The notes under the pieces are model-generated. The model was given only the letters and a program-made list of their open reading frames with translations. It was not told where the DNA came from and ran no database searches. Source: Pseudomonadota bacterium (GTDB taxonomy: Bacteria; Desulfobacterota; Desulfarculia; Adiutricales; JAGVGV01). From it: 59,835 nt of DNA. A program made the translations under genes and the position numbers. The stretch lies in the NCBI GenBank assembly GCA_018830135.1, contig JAHJTB010000365.1, positions 1 through 59,835 on the forward strand, written 5' to 3'. How positions within the stretch are numbered: position 1 is the stretch's first letter; every line of letters starts with the position of its first letter. This document shows, one piece after another, positions 37,728 to 47,781 of this stretch.

Positions 37728-40247
37728 GTGCGGAACTTTAACCGTATCCGTATAACAGCCGTCAGGCTTGCGGCCCTCGTTCTGATCGCGGGGCTTTGGG
37801 TCGTCCTGGGCTCCGCCCCGGGCGCCTTGGCCGCCCCCACGGACAAACCCTTGAAGCCTGATGATAAAGCGTCGGCCCAGGCCGAACTGGTCGGGGTGCG
37901 TCTGGGCAGCTTCAACGACTATACGCGCCTGATTTTCTCCTTTTCCACAGGCCTGAAAAACTACCGGGTCCTGCGGGGGGGCGTGGACGAGGTCTGGCTG
38001 GATTTCGGGCCGGGGGGCAGCGAACGTCAGGGCGTTCTGGACCTGGGTAACGACCTGGTGCGGGGCGTGGCCGTGGAAGTGGCCTCCGGACGGATAACCG
38101 CCCGGGTCAAGTTGAATATGACCCAGTTCGATTTTCGTCATTTTGTCGGACCGGACCGGGACCTGGTCGTGCTGGACCTGCGCGCGATCCTGCCCGAACG
38201 GGAGTCTTCCGAAGCCAAGCCGGCCAAAGACAAGGGGCTGTTGCTGGCCATTCCCACGGCTCAGGAAGTGGGGCTCCAAAACCGGGAGTCCCTGCCGTTC
38301 GAGCCGGAGCCCAAATCAGACGCGGCCCTGCTGGCCGGTGCGGCCGATGAAGTCATGGCCGGCAATTTCGAGGCCGCGACCCGGGTGCTCGAACGGTTCA
38401 AAAACACGTTTCCGGACAGTTCCTTGACCGCTCAGGCCCTCTACCTGCTGGCCGATGCGTATTATTTTTCCGCAAAAGACAATTTATCGGGCGTGTTTCA
38501 GAACATCGTCACCGCGTACCAGGACGCGATTCAGGGTTTCCCCGAGGCGCCTCAGGCAGCGCGGGCCAGCCTGATGCGGGCCGGGGCCTATTTTAAAATG
38601 GATTATCTGGGCGAGGCCACGGGGTACCTCAAGCTTCTGATCAAGGACTATCCGAACAGCCCCTACGCCGTGATGGCGCAGGTCTATCTGGGTGAAATCT
38701 ATTTCAAACTGGGCAAGTTCCAGCTGGCCAAGGCCTCCTTCGACCAGGTCCTGGCCCTCTCGCCCCGGGGCCGCTTCTTCCTGGACGCCTACTTCAAACT
38801 GGGCGAGGCCTATTTCAAGGACGGCCTGTACAGCGAGGCCACCGAAGTCTTCAAACAGATTCTCGACATGGACGAGGTCTATTATCTGCATCGGCCGGAT
38901 GTTCTTTATTACATGGGCGAGGGTTACTTTCAGCTCAAACGGCCCGACCTCTCCCGGGACTTCCTCTACCACATCCTGAACATCGAGCCCCAGCACAAGG
39001 CCAAGGACGTGATCCTGGCCCGGATCGGGGACACCTATCGGGAGGAAGGCCGGGACAAGGAGGCCATCAAGGTCTTTTCCCTGGTCAGGCGCATGTTCCC
39101 GGGGACGACCGGGGCCCTGATCAGTCAGTTGCGACTGGCCGACTACGGGGCCTTGCGCAGCGTTTTTCGTCCCGAATCCATCTTCATCGAACTCGAGGAA
39201 GGGACCCTGGAGGCCACGCTGAAGATGTACGAGGAGATCGTGGCCTCCCAGCAGGAGTCTCCGCTGGTCCAGCTGGCCATGTTCAAGATGGGTCTGGCCT
39301 ATTTTTCCAACGAGGACTATCCCCAGACCATCAAGATTCTGGGGGAACTGTTGGACAAATATCCCCGGGGCAACCTGGTTTCGGACGTCAGTTTTATCAT
39401 AAACAAGGCCTTGCTGGCCGAAATGAAGAAGCTCTACGACCTCAGGCAGTATTTCCGGGTCCTGGCCCTTTACTCGGAAGACAAGCGTTTTCTCGACGAA
39501 GCCACCTGGCCCCGGGTTCGGCACTACCTGGCCATGAGCCATCTGGCCCTGGACATGAACGAGGAGGCCGTCCGCCTTTTCGAGGCCAACAAGGGGATGA
39601 CCGAGTACGAGGACGAGCGTCTCCTCGGTCTGGGCCGGGCCCTGCTGGGCATGGGCCGTTACGCCGACGCCTCCAAGGCCTTCGCCGAGTTCCGGCTACG
39701 GTTTCCGGACTACAAGGAGGCCCCGATCACGCTGGTGGAACAGGCCCGGGCCGAGTGGTCCCAAGGCAATCTGAACCTGGCCCTCAGCTACCTGGAGCAG
39801 GCGGTCAAAGATCTGCCCGCCCTGGAAAAGGACGGCAAAATCCAGAGTTTCCTGGGCCAGCTTTATCTGAAGCGAGGTGATTCCGAAAAGGGGATCGAAG
39901 CGCTCGAAAAGGCCCTGGCCGCCGTCCAGAACCAGAAGGATGCGCGTCAGGAGACCTTCCTGGCCCAGTCCAGGTTGGGGCAGGCCTATGCGGCCCTGGG
40001 GAAGAAGGCGGAAGCGGTCAAGGCCCTGGATTCGGCCCTGAAGATCATGCCCGATGATCCGCTGGCCGAGAGCCTGTACCTGATCGCCCAGAGTTTCAAA
40101 AGCCTGGACCTGCCGGACCAGGCTCGAAAGGTCTTCGAACTGATGGAAAAAAGCAAGGAACCATTTTGGCGGGACGTGGCCGTCGAGGAACTACAGGCCG
40201 GCAGCAAGGAAGCCGGTTTTACCCGTCTGCTGAAAGACGGACGTTAG
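37728..40247 (+). CDS. Exported TPR-repeat protein of the flagellar cluster (PflA-like architecture)
   Basis: Signal peptide, beta-rich AMIN-like N-domain (VRLGSFNDYTRLIF), many TPR/YbgF-like repeats (FPDS..AQALYLLADAYY). Confidence 0.8.
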   Translation: MRNFNRIRITAVRLAALVLIAGLWVVLGSAPGALAAPTDKPLKPDDKASAQAELVGVRLGSFNDYTRLIFSFSTGLKNYRVLRGGVDEVWLDFGPGGSERQGVLDLGNDLVRGVAVEVASGRITARVKLNMTQFDFRHFVGPDRDLVVLDLRAILPERESSEAKPAKDKGLLLAIPTAQEVGLQNRESLPFEPEPKSDAALLAGAADEVMAGNFEAATRVLERFKNTFPDSSLTAQALYLLADAYYFSAKDNLSGVFQNIVTAYQDAIQGFPEAPQAARASLMRAGAYFKMDYLGEATGYLKLLIKDYPNSPYAVMAQVYLGEIYFKLGKFQLAKASFDQVLALSPRGRFFLDAYFKLGEAYFKDGLYSEATEVFKQILDMDEVYYLHRPDVLYYMGEGYFQLKRPDLSRDFLYHILNIEPQHKAKDVILARIGDTYREEGRDKEAIKVFSLVRRMFPGTTGALISQLRLADYGALRSVFRPESIFIELEEGTLEATLKMYEEIVASQQESPLVQLAMFKMGLAYFSNEDYPQTIKILGELLDKYPRGNLVSDVSFIINKALLAEMKKLYDLRQYFRVLALYSEDKRFLDEATWPRVRHYLAMSHLALDMNEEAVRLFEANKGMTEYEDERLLGLGRALLGMGRYADASKAFAEFRLRFPDYKEAPITLVEQARAEWSQGNLNLALSYLEQAVKDLPALEKDGKIQSFLGQLYLKRGDSEKGIEALEKALAAVQNQKDARQETFLAQSRLGQAYAALGKKAEAVKALDSALKIMPDDPLAESLYLIAQSFKSLDLPDQARKVFELMEKSKEPFWRDVAVEELQAGSKEAGFTRLLKDGR

Positions 40248-40264
40248 GAGCGGTTCAGGTGACG

Positions 40265-41497
40265 ATGCCCCGATTGAACGATTTCGAGGAACACGATCTG
40301 CTCAACCGGGCCTTTGGCCGGTTCAACGAGATCGCCTCGGCCTTGTGCGATTCGTACGAACGCCTCCATGACGAGGTCGCGGCTCTGAATGTCGAACTGG
40401 CCGAAAAGAACCAAGCCCTGTCATCCAGCCTGGCCGAACAGGAGCGGACCCGCAAGTTTCTGACCCACATCATGGACAATCTGACCACCGGCGTGGTCGT
40501 TCTGGACCCCGAGGGCCGGATCGCCCTGGCCAACCGGGCCGCGACGCGTCTGCTGGGCCAGGCCCTGGACCAGGTCATGGGCCGGGACGTTTTGAGCGTT
40601 CTGGACCCGGCCTCCCTGGCCGGCGACCGGGAACCCGATACGGATCAGGCCCTGGAGTTCGTGGTCTCCCACGGTCCGGACGGCCGTCTGCTCTCCCTGT
40701 CCCTGTCCGCCTTTTCCTGGCCGGGTCGCCAAGGGCTCGGGCGGATCGCTCTGTTCCGGGACGTGACCGACGAAACCCGGATCGGGGCCCAGCGGGAGCG
40801 GACCCAGGTCTTGTCGGCCATGGGGGAGATGGCCGCCGAGGTGGCCCATCAGATTCGCAACCCCCTGGGCAGCCTGGAGCTGTTCGCTTCCATCCTGGCC
40901 CGCGAGGTTTCAGGGGACGACAATCTCGAGACCCTGGTCGAACACCTTCGTTCCGGCGTCAAACAGGTCAACCATCTCATTACCAACTATCTGTCCCTGT
41001 CCCATCCGCCCCGGCCGGAAAAATCGCCGCTTCGCCTGGATCGACTCATCGAGGAGGCCGTGGCCGCGGCGGCCCAGGCCATGAACCTGGCCGGAATAGA
41101 GGCCCGGGTCCGAATCGGCGAGGAACCGGTCTGGGTCGAGGCCGACCGCGACCTGCTGCTCCAGGTCTTCCTCAACCTCATCCTCAACGCCGTCGAGGCC
41201 CTGTCTCCGGGCGGCCGTATCGAGGTGGACCTCCGGCCCGGCCCCCGGGAGGTCGAGGTACTGGTTCGGGATACCGGTCCGGGCATTCCTCGAGAGGACC
41301 TGGACCGGATATTCAATCCGTTTTTCACGACCAAGGAAAAAAAACTCGGCCTGGGGCTGGCGGTCAGCCACCAGGTCGTCGATGCCCATCGAGGACTGAT
41401 CCAGGTCAAGACCCGGCCCGGACAAGGCACGACCGTCAGCGTCACGCTGCCCGTGCTGAAAAAGGAAACCCAGGGGCAAAGGAATTCAGGAGATTGA
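40265..41497 (+). CDS. Cytoplasmic PAS sensor histidine kinase (FleS/FlrB-like)
   Basis: PAS region, AAEVAHQIRNPLG, NLILNA, DTGPGI, FFTTK..LGLGL; start may be GTG 40259. Confidence 0.88.
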   Translation: MPRLNDFEEHDLLNRAFGRFNEIASALCDSYERLHDEVAALNVELAEKNQALSSSLAEQERTRKFLTHIMDNLTTGVVVLDPEGRIALANRAATRLLGQALDQVMGRDVLSVLDPASLAGDREPDTDQALEFVVSHGPDGRLLSLSLSAFSWPGRQGLGRIALFRDVTDETRIGAQRERTQVLSAMGEMAAEVAHQIRNPLGSLELFASILAREVSGDDNLETLVEHLRSGVKQVNHLITNYLSLSHPPRPEKSPLRLDRLIEEAVAAAAQAMNLAGIEARVRIGEEPVWVEADRDLLLQVFLNLILNAVEALSPGGRIEVDLRPGPREVEVLVRDTGPGIPREDLDRIFNPFFTTKEKKLGLGLAVSHQVVDAHRGLIQVKTRPGQGTTVSVTLPVLKKETQGQRNSGD

Positions 41498-41501
41498 ACC
41501 G

Positions 41502-42881
41502 ATGCCAGCCAGACCCATCTTAGTCGCCGATGACGAACCGGGCATGCGCAATGCCCTTTTCGAGGCGCTGACCCGCCAGGGCCACGCCGTGGACCTGGCC
41601 GAGAACGGCCTGGACGCCTTGGAAAAGTTCCAGGCCCAGCCCTTCGACCTGGTCATCACCGACGTCCGCATGCCCCGCATGGACGGGATGCAACTGCTGC
41701 GGGAGATCAAAAAGCGGTCGTCCCGGGTTCCGGTCATCGTGGTCACCGGTTACGGCACCGTGGAAAACGCGGTCGAAGCCATGCGTGAAGGCGCCTTTGA
41801 TTACGTGCTCAAGCCCTTTTCCCTGGACCTGATCGAAGAGATCGTCCTGCGGGCCCTGGGCCAGGCGCCGAGGGCGGACTCCGGCGCCCTGCCGGCGCCG
41901 CTCATGGACAACGGCGACCGGCCCATCATCACCCGGGACGAGCGTTTGAAGCGCATTCTCGACATGGCCCGTTCAGTGGCCTCATCCCAGGCCACCATCC
42001 TGATCGGCGGAGAGTCCGGCACCGGCAAGGAACTTCTGGCTCGTTTCATCCATCACCATTCCGACCGGGTCCATGGCCCCTTCGTGGCCGTCAACTGCGC
42101 CAGCCTGCCCGAAGGGCTGCTGGAAAGCGAGCTGTTCGGCCACGAAAAAGGGTCCTTTACCGGGGCCGTGGCCCGCAAGACCGGCCGCTTCGAACTGGCC
42201 GACGGCGGCACGATTCTGCTCGATGAAATCAGCGAAATGGACATTTCCCTTCAGGCCAAGCTGCTTCGCGTCCTGCAGGAGGGCGAGATCGACCGGGTGG
42301 GCGGCAAGAACCCCATTCAGATCAATGTCCGGGTCATCGCCACGACCAATCGGCATCTCAAGACCTGGGTCGCCGAAGGGAAGTTCCGTGAAGACCTCTA
42401 CTATCGCCTGAACGTCATTCCCCTGACCATCCCCCCGCTCCGCGAACGTCCCGGCGACATACCGGTCCTGACCGACTTTTTCCTGACAAAATACGCCCGG
42501 GTCAACAACCTTCCGGTCAAGACCCTGACCCGGCGCGCTCTCCATCGGCTCGAAAGCCTGCGCTGGCCGGGCAATGTTCGGGAACTCGAGAACATCATCG
42601 CCCGGGGCGTGCTCCTGGCTCGGGCCGCCGAAGTGGACCTGCCCGACCTGTTCATCGATGAGGCCGAGGCGCCCGGGGCAGCCTCGGGAGCATCACCGGC
42701 CCAGGCCGTCGAACTGACGACCATCCGGGAAATGGAGCGGGAGATGATCGAGCGGGCCCTGTCCGAGACCGACGGCAACCGGACGCACGCCGCCAAGATT
42801 TTGGGCATCAGCGTCAGGACCCTGAGGAACAAGTTGGCCGAATATCGAGGCGAAAACGGCCAAACCGGTCTGGCTGCATGA
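41502..42881 (+). CDS. sigma54-dependent response regulator (FleR/FlrC-like)
   Basis: Intact receiver (VADDE, ITDVRMP, KP), GSFTGA, HTH ISVRTLRNKL. Confidence 0.9.
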   Translation: MPARPILVADDEPGMRNALFEALTRQGHAVDLAENGLDALEKFQAQPFDLVITDVRMPRMDGMQLLREIKKRSSRVPVIVVTGYGTVENAVEAMREGAFDYVLKPFSLDLIEEIVLRALGQAPRADSGALPAPLMDNGDRPIITRDERLKRILDMARSVASSQATILIGGESGTGKELLARFIHHHSDRVHGPFVAVNCASLPEGLLESELFGHEKGSFTGAVARKTGRFELADGGTILLDEISEMDISLQAKLLRVLQEGEIDRVGGKNPIQINVRVIATTNRHLKTWVAEGKFREDLYYRLNVIPLTIPPLRERPGDIPVLTDFFLTKYARVNNLPVKTLTRRALHRLESLRWPGNVRELENIIARGVLLARAAEVDLPDLFIDEAEAPGAASGASPAQAVELTTIREMEREMIERALSETDGNRTHAAKILGISVRTLRNKLAEYRGENGQTGLAA

Positions 42882-42913
42882 AAAATTCGATCACCGGTCC
42901 TCGGGGCCGGCAT

Positions 42914-42929
42914 TGGTACGTTAATTGCT
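42914..42929 (+). promoter_or_regulatory. sigma54 promoter of the flgB operon
   Basis: TGGTAC-GTTAA-TTGCT. Confidence 0.82.
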
Positions 42930-42953
42930 TCGAAACCGTCGAGAGGATGATCC

Positions 42954-43391
42954 ATGAATAACATGACGACCAGTCTTTTCGGACGCACCGTCCAGGTCAT
43001 GAGCAAGGCGCTCAACCTGCGCCTGTCCAAACACGGCATGATCTCATCCAACCTGGCCAACATGGACGTGCCCGGTTATCGCCTGAAGGACCTGAAATTC
43101 GAAAAGGCCATGCAGGAGGCCCTGGGACCCGCGGAGGGCGCGATGGAGCCGAGCCGGACCCACGCCACCCACCTGCCTCGGCGAGGCATCGACGAAGCGG
43201 AGGCCGCGGCCCGGAGAAACGTGGTCTACAGCGAATACGGCCGGGACGAAAAAAATCATGACCTGATCGATATCGACCAGGAAATGAACAAGCTGGCCAA
43301 GAACCATCTGGTTTACAACGCCACGGTCCAGATGCTGGCCAAGGAACTGGAAGTCCTGAAGTACGCCATTACCGAAGGAGGCCGCAGCTGA
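42954..43391 (+). CDS. flgB: Flagellar basal-body rod protein FlgB
   Basis: ISSNLANMDVPGY, IDIDQEM..LAKN. Confidence 0.93.
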   Translation: MNNMTTSLFGRTVQVMSKALNLRLSKHGMISSNLANMDVPGYRLKDLKFEKAMQEALGPAEGAMEPSRTHATHLPRRGIDEAEAAARRNVVYSEYGRDEKNHDLIDIDQEMNKLAKNHLVYNATVQMLAKELEVLKYAITEGGRS

Positions 43392-43828
43392 TGAATTTTT
43401 TGACCGCCATGGATATTAGCGCGTCCGGCCTGACCGCCCAGCGCGGCCGGATGAACCTGATCGCCATGAACCTGTCCCACATGAACACCACCCACACGCC
43501 CGAGGGCGGGCCGTACCGGGCCAAGCTGCCGGTCTTTTCGGCCATGCCCGTATACAAGGGCATGCGGGGCCGCTTCAAGGACAGCCTGGACCGGGAACTC
43601 GATGACGTCAAGATCACCGAGATCGTCGAGGATCAGCGGGACTTCAAAATGATCTTCGACCCCTCCCATCCGGACGCCGACCAGTTCGGATACGTGCTGA
43701 TGCCCAACATCAACGTCATCGAGGAAATGGTGGACATGGTTTCGGCCAAACGGTCCTACGAAGCCGGAGTGACCGCCATCGGGGCCAGTCACAACATGGC
43801 CCTCAAGGCCCTCGAAATACTGAGGTAA
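43391..43828 (+). CDS. flgC: Flagellar basal-body rod protein FlgC
   Basis: ISASGLTAQR, GGPYR, DPSHPDA...GYV.MPN. Confidence 0.95.
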   Translation: MNFLTAMDISASGLTAQRGRMNLIAMNLSHMNTTHTPEGGPYRAKLPVFSAMPVYKGMRGRFKDSLDRELDDVKITEIVEDQRDFKMIFDPSHPDADQFGYVLMPNINVIEEMVDMVSAKRSYEAGVTAIGASHNMALKALEILR

Positions 43829-43840
43829 CAGGAGTCCGCC

Positions 43841-44128
43841 GTGAAAACCTCCCCCATCAGTTCCATGCCCCTGGAAGCCAGGGCCCCTGACAAGCGAATC
43901 GACGACCGGCCCGGCTTCAAGGAAAGCCTGATGTCCTCCATGAAGGAGGTCAACGATCTTCAGGCCAAGGCCCACGAGGCCATGACCGACCTGTCCACCG
44001 GCCGGTCCAGCAACATCCACGAGGCGATGCTTGCGATTCAAAAGGCTGAAATATCGTTTAAAATGATGATGCAGGTCCGCAACAAAATCATCACCGCCTA
44101 CCAGGAAATCATGCGCATGTCGGTTTGA
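43841..44128 (+). CDS. fliE: Flagellar hook-basal body complex protein FliE
   Basis: QVRNKIITAYQEIMRMSV. Confidence 0.95.
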   Translation: MKTSPISSMPLEARAPDKRIDDRPGFKESLMSSMKEVNDLQAKAHEAMTDLSTGRSSNIHEAMLAIQKAEISFKMMMQVRNKIITAYQEIMRMSV

Positions 44129-44186
44129 TGCCGGCTTTGCCTTTTCTCCGGGCGTGCGATAGAATAACAAGGAGCGCGAGGTAGGT

Positions 44187-45779
44187 ATGTTCGAAGGCCT
44201 TGCCGATCGTTTGGGGCAATGGTGGGAAGGTTTTTCCGCCATGACCATGGCCCGCAAGATTGTGGTCCTGGCCGTGGCTTCCATGGCCCTGGCCGGATTT
44301 ATCGTCCTGATGATCTGGACGAACAAGACGGACTACGAAGTCGTCTATTCCGGGCTGTCCCAGGAGGACGCCGGGGCCATCATCGCCAAACTCAAGGAAA
44401 AAAAGGTCCCCTTCCTTCTCGAGGCCAACGGGACGGCCATCCAGGTGCCCCGTGAGGTCATGGAAGAGACCCGGCTCCTGCTGGCCACCGAGGGGCTGCC
44501 GGCCGGCGGGGCGGTCGGTTACGAAATTTTCAACCAGATATCCATCGGCACGACGGATTTCGTCCAGCGGCTCAACTTCCAGCGGGCCCTGCAGGGCGAA
44601 CTGGAACGGACCATCAAGAAGTTTCGCGAAGTCGACCAGGTTCGCGTTCATCTGAACATACCCAAGGAATCGTTGTTCATCGAAGAGGCGCGGGAACCCT
44701 CCGCCTCGGTCGTGCTCAAGTTCTCCTCGGGCCGCAGTCTGACCCGCTCCCAGCTCGAGGGCGTGGTCCATCTGGTGGCCAGTTCGGTCGAGGGCCTCAA
44801 GCCGCAAAACATCTCCATCGTCGATACGACCGGCGGGCTGCTGTACAGCAAGGAGGACGAGAACCAGCAAGGCCTCCTGACCGACAGCCAGGTTCAGTAC
44901 CGCCGCAACCTGGAAAAAACGCTGGCCGACCGGGCCACGAGCATGCTTGAACGGATCGTGGGGCCGGGCAAGGCCCTGACCCGCGTCAGCGCGGACCTCG
45001 ACTATACCCGGATCAGCACGGACGAAGAGATTTACGACCCGGACCGTTCCGGCGTCCGGAGCGAGCAGCGCACGAAGGAAACGAGCTCCGGCCAGGGCCA
45101 GGGCGCCTCGGGGGTGCCCACCGAGCGGTACGACCTTGGGACCCGGGCGCCGGCGACCGGAGCCCAGGGATCGGCGAAGGAGACCTTCGAGCGATCCGAT
45201 GAGACGACCAACTACGAAGTGACCAAGATCAACCGCCGGACTCTGAGTCCCGGAGGGGAGATCAAGCGGCTGACCGTGGCGGTCATGGTAGACGGGACCT
45301 ACCAGATGACGGAAAAGGACGGCCAGAAGGTCAGCACCTTTGTGCCGCGCGATCAGGCCGAACTGACGCGCCTGGAGGACCTGGTCCGCAACGCCGTGGG
45401 ATACAGCGGAGCGCGGAACGACTCGGTCGTGGTCCAGAGCGTGCCCTTCTATCTGCCCGAGAAGATCGGCGAGAGTATGATGGACCGGGTCTTCGAATAC
45501 CTGGGCCAGTACGGCCGGACCGCTTTCAACATCATCCTGATCGTCCTCTTCTTCCTCTTCGTGGCCCGTCCGATGATCAACTGGATTCGTGAAGAGTCCG
45601 CCGCCGCCTTGCCTGCGCCTCAGCCGTTGGAAGAACTGCCCGAGCCCGAGGAACGGGAGGCCCTGGAGCAACCGGAGGTCGAGAAGGGCCGGATAACCCG
45701 CGAACAGGTCCAGGCCATCGCCCAGCAGAATCCGGAGCGGACCCTGAACCTGCTTCGGAGCTGGATCGACCAGAGATAG
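44187..45779 (+). CDS. fliF: Flagellar MS-ring protein FliF
   Basis: GYEIF, FQRALQGELERTI, SASV, TNYEV, RLTVAV; two TM helices. Confidence 0.96.
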   Translation: MFEGLADRLGQWWEGFSAMTMARKIVVLAVASMALAGFIVLMIWTNKTDYEVVYSGLSQEDAGAIIAKLKEKKVPFLLEANGTAIQVPREVMEETRLLLATEGLPAGGAVGYEIFNQISIGTTDFVQRLNFQRALQGELERTIKKFREVDQVRVHLNIPKESLFIEEAREPSASVVLKFSSGRSLTRSQLEGVVHLVASSVEGLKPQNISIVDTTGGLLYSKEDENQQGLLTDSQVQYRRNLEKTLADRATSMLERIVGPGKALTRVSADLDYTRISTDEEIYDPDRSGVRSEQRTKETSSGQGQGASGVPTERYDLGTRAPATGAQGSAKETFERSDETTNYEVTKINRRTLSPGGEIKRLTVAVMVDGTYQMTEKDGQKVSTFVPRDQAELTRLEDLVRNAVGYSGARNDSVVVQSVPFYLPEKIGESMMDRVFEYLGQYGRTAFNIILIVLFFLFVARPMINWIREESAAALPAPQPLEELPEPEEREALEQPEVEKGRITREQVQAIAQQNPERTLNLLRSWIDQR

Positions 45780-45781
45780 CC

Positions 45782-45971
45782 GTGTTGAACCCGAATTTCA
45801 CGGTTGGGTTGGTAGCGAGGCGTCGAAATGCATAGCGAAACGCGAAGTTGGACCGGTTTTGGGCCGCGGGCGTATTATAGGATACGTCGAGGTCAAAAAG
45901 CGGGAAACGAGCGTTGCCGCACGCATTTCGGCGCCGCAGTAGAAGCCGACCGCAACATCCGGGTTTAATAC
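45782..45971 (-). mobile_element. ~190-bp MITE-like element between fliF and fliG (copy 2, complete)
   Basis: Terminal inverted repeats GTGTTGAACCCGAAT / ATCCGGGTTTAATAC (12/15 match), long internal inverted arms, similar copy at 20198-20346. Confidence 0.8.
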
Positions 45972-45986
45972 CAGGGGGAACGATTT

Positions 45987-47000
45987 ATGGCCGACGCCAA
46001 ATCCATGACGGGCCCGCAAAAGGCCGCCGTGCTGCTTCTGACCATGGGCGAAGATTTTACGGCGGACATCTTTCGGCAACTCGACGACAACGAGATCAGG
46101 CAGCTGGGCCGGGCCATGTCTCGTATCCAGGCCGTGGACCCGGAAACGATCCAGGAGGTGCTCAAGGAGTTCGTCGGAGAGGTGACCTCGCCCACCGAGT
46201 TGCGAGTCAAAGGGGACGCCTTTCTCAAGGGCGTGGTTTCGCGGGCCATTACCGACGACCGGGCCGAAGGCCTGCTCGATGATATCGGTTCCGACATCGG
46301 CCCGGCGCCTTTCGAGACCCTTCGGGACGTGGACGCCAAGGTGCTGGCCAACTTCATCCGCAACGAGCATCCCCAGACCGTGGCCTTGATCATGGCCCAT
46401 CTGGATTCAGGCAAGGCCGCCGAGATATTGAGCGAATTTCCCGAACAGCTCCAGATCGACGTGATTATGCGCGTGGCCGAACTCGAGACCGTGCCGCATC
46501 AGGTCATCGAGGAGATCGAGCAGGTCCTGCGCGAGGAGATCACCTCGCTGGGTACGGTCGGGGCGCAGAAACTGGGCGGGGCGCAGACCGTGGCCGAGAT
46601 TCTGAACCAGGTCGATCAGACCACGGAAAACGCCATCCTGTCGCGGATCGAGGAAGACAAGATGGACCTGGCCAACGAGATTCGCAAGTTGATGTTTGTT
46701 TTCGACGACCTGTCCAGCGTGGACGATCGGGGCATGCGCTCCATCCTCAAGGAGGTCAACAACGAAGAACTGACCATGGCCTTGAAGACCGCCTCCCAGG
46801 ACTTGAAGCAGAAGGTGCTCTCGAACGTCTCCGAACGCGCCGCCGAGATGATCCGGGAGGACCTGGAGGTCATGGGCCCGGTTCGTCTGTCCGACGTGGA
46901 GAAGGCGCAGCAGGCCATTCTCCGCGTGGCCAAGAAGCTCGAAGCCGAAGGCAAGGTCATGATCGGCAAGTCCGGTTCCAAGGAGGACGTCTTTGTCTGA
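45987..47000 (+). CDS. fliG: Flagellar motor switch protein FliG
   Basis: KAAVLL, EHPQTVA, MFVFDD, MGPVRLSDVE. Confidence 0.97.
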   Translation: MADAKSMTGPQKAAVLLLTMGEDFTADIFRQLDDNEIRQLGRAMSRIQAVDPETIQEVLKEFVGEVTSPTELRVKGDAFLKGVVSRAITDDRAEGLLDDIGSDIGPAPFETLRDVDAKVLANFIRNEHPQTVALIMAHLDSGKAAEILSEFPEQLQIDVIMRVAELETVPHQVIEEIEQVLREEITSLGTVGAQKLGGAQTVAEILNQVDQTTENAILSRIEEDKMDLANEIRKLMFVFDDLSSVDDRGMRSILKEVNNEELTMALKTASQDLKQKVLSNVSERAAEMIREDLEVMGPVRLSDVEKAQQAILRVAKKLEAEGKVMIGKSGSKEDVFV

Positions 47001-47766
47001 TCCATTGGGCGGCCGCCAGACCTCCGGGGCCGAAGTCAAGCGGTTCGAGATGCCGCGATTCGACGCGGGCGAGGAACCCTTCAAGGCCTCCGAGTACATT
47101 TTTCAGCCCCTGGAAGGCACCGGCGACCCGGCCCGGACCTACCAAGAAGCCAAGACGGCATCGGAACGGATGCTCAAAGAGGCCCGGGCGGGGGCCAAGG
47201 TCCTGAAAGCGGAGGCCGAGAAAATCCGGAACAAAGCCCAGGCCGAGGGCCGCGAACAGGGCTTGGCCGAGGGGCGGGCTCAGGGCCGGGCCGAAGGCCA
47301 GGAGGAAGGCCGGGCCGGTTTCGAGGCCGGCATGGCGCCCCTGGTCCAGGCGTTCCAGGCCGTTCAAGGGCTTTACCAGGACCTTTGGAAGACCAGCGAG
47401 GCCACCCTGGTCCGCCTGGCCCTCAAAGCGGCCGAGCGACTCGTCCATCACGAATTGAGCCTTTCGCCCGAACTGGTGGCCGAGGTATTCAAGGCGGCCC
47501 TGGACCAGTTGCAGGAGCAGCACCGGGCCGTGTTCCGGATCAATCCCGAGGACCTGGAAATCCTGGAAACCGCCCGCTCCCAGGCCCTGGAACAGGTCAA
47601 GGGTCTGGTCAAGATCAGTTTCGAGCCGGATTCCGATCTGGCTCGGGGGGAACTGGTCATGGAGACCGAGGCCGGCAAGGTCGATGCCACCCTGAAGCAG
47701 CGAATCAATGCCCTGGCCGAAGTCATGGACGGCATTCTGAGCCAAAAGATGGACCTGGACTGGTAA
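46993..47766 (+). CDS. fliH: Flagellar assembly protein FliH
   Basis: AEG/GxxxG repeats, INPED, G.VDAT; lies between fliG and fliI. Confidence 0.9.
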   Translation: MSDPLGGRQTSGAEVKRFEMPRFDAGEEPFKASEYIFQPLEGTGDPARTYQEAKTASERMLKEARAGAKVLKAEAEKIRNKAQAEGREQGLAEGRAQGRAEGQEEGRAGFEAGMAPLVQAFQAVQGLYQDLWKTSEATLVRLALKAAERLVHHELSLSPELVAEVFKAALDQLQEQHRAVFRINPEDLEILETARSQALEQVKGLVKISFEPDSDLARGELVMETEAGKVDATLKQRINALAEVMDGILSQKMDLDW

Positions 47767-47781
47767 GAGACCGGAGAGACC

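Noticed and set aside
47250-47330. Short tandem-like repeats (GGCCGAGGG/GGCCGGGC) in fliH
   Set aside because: They encode the normal AxxxG/GxxxG repeats of FliH.
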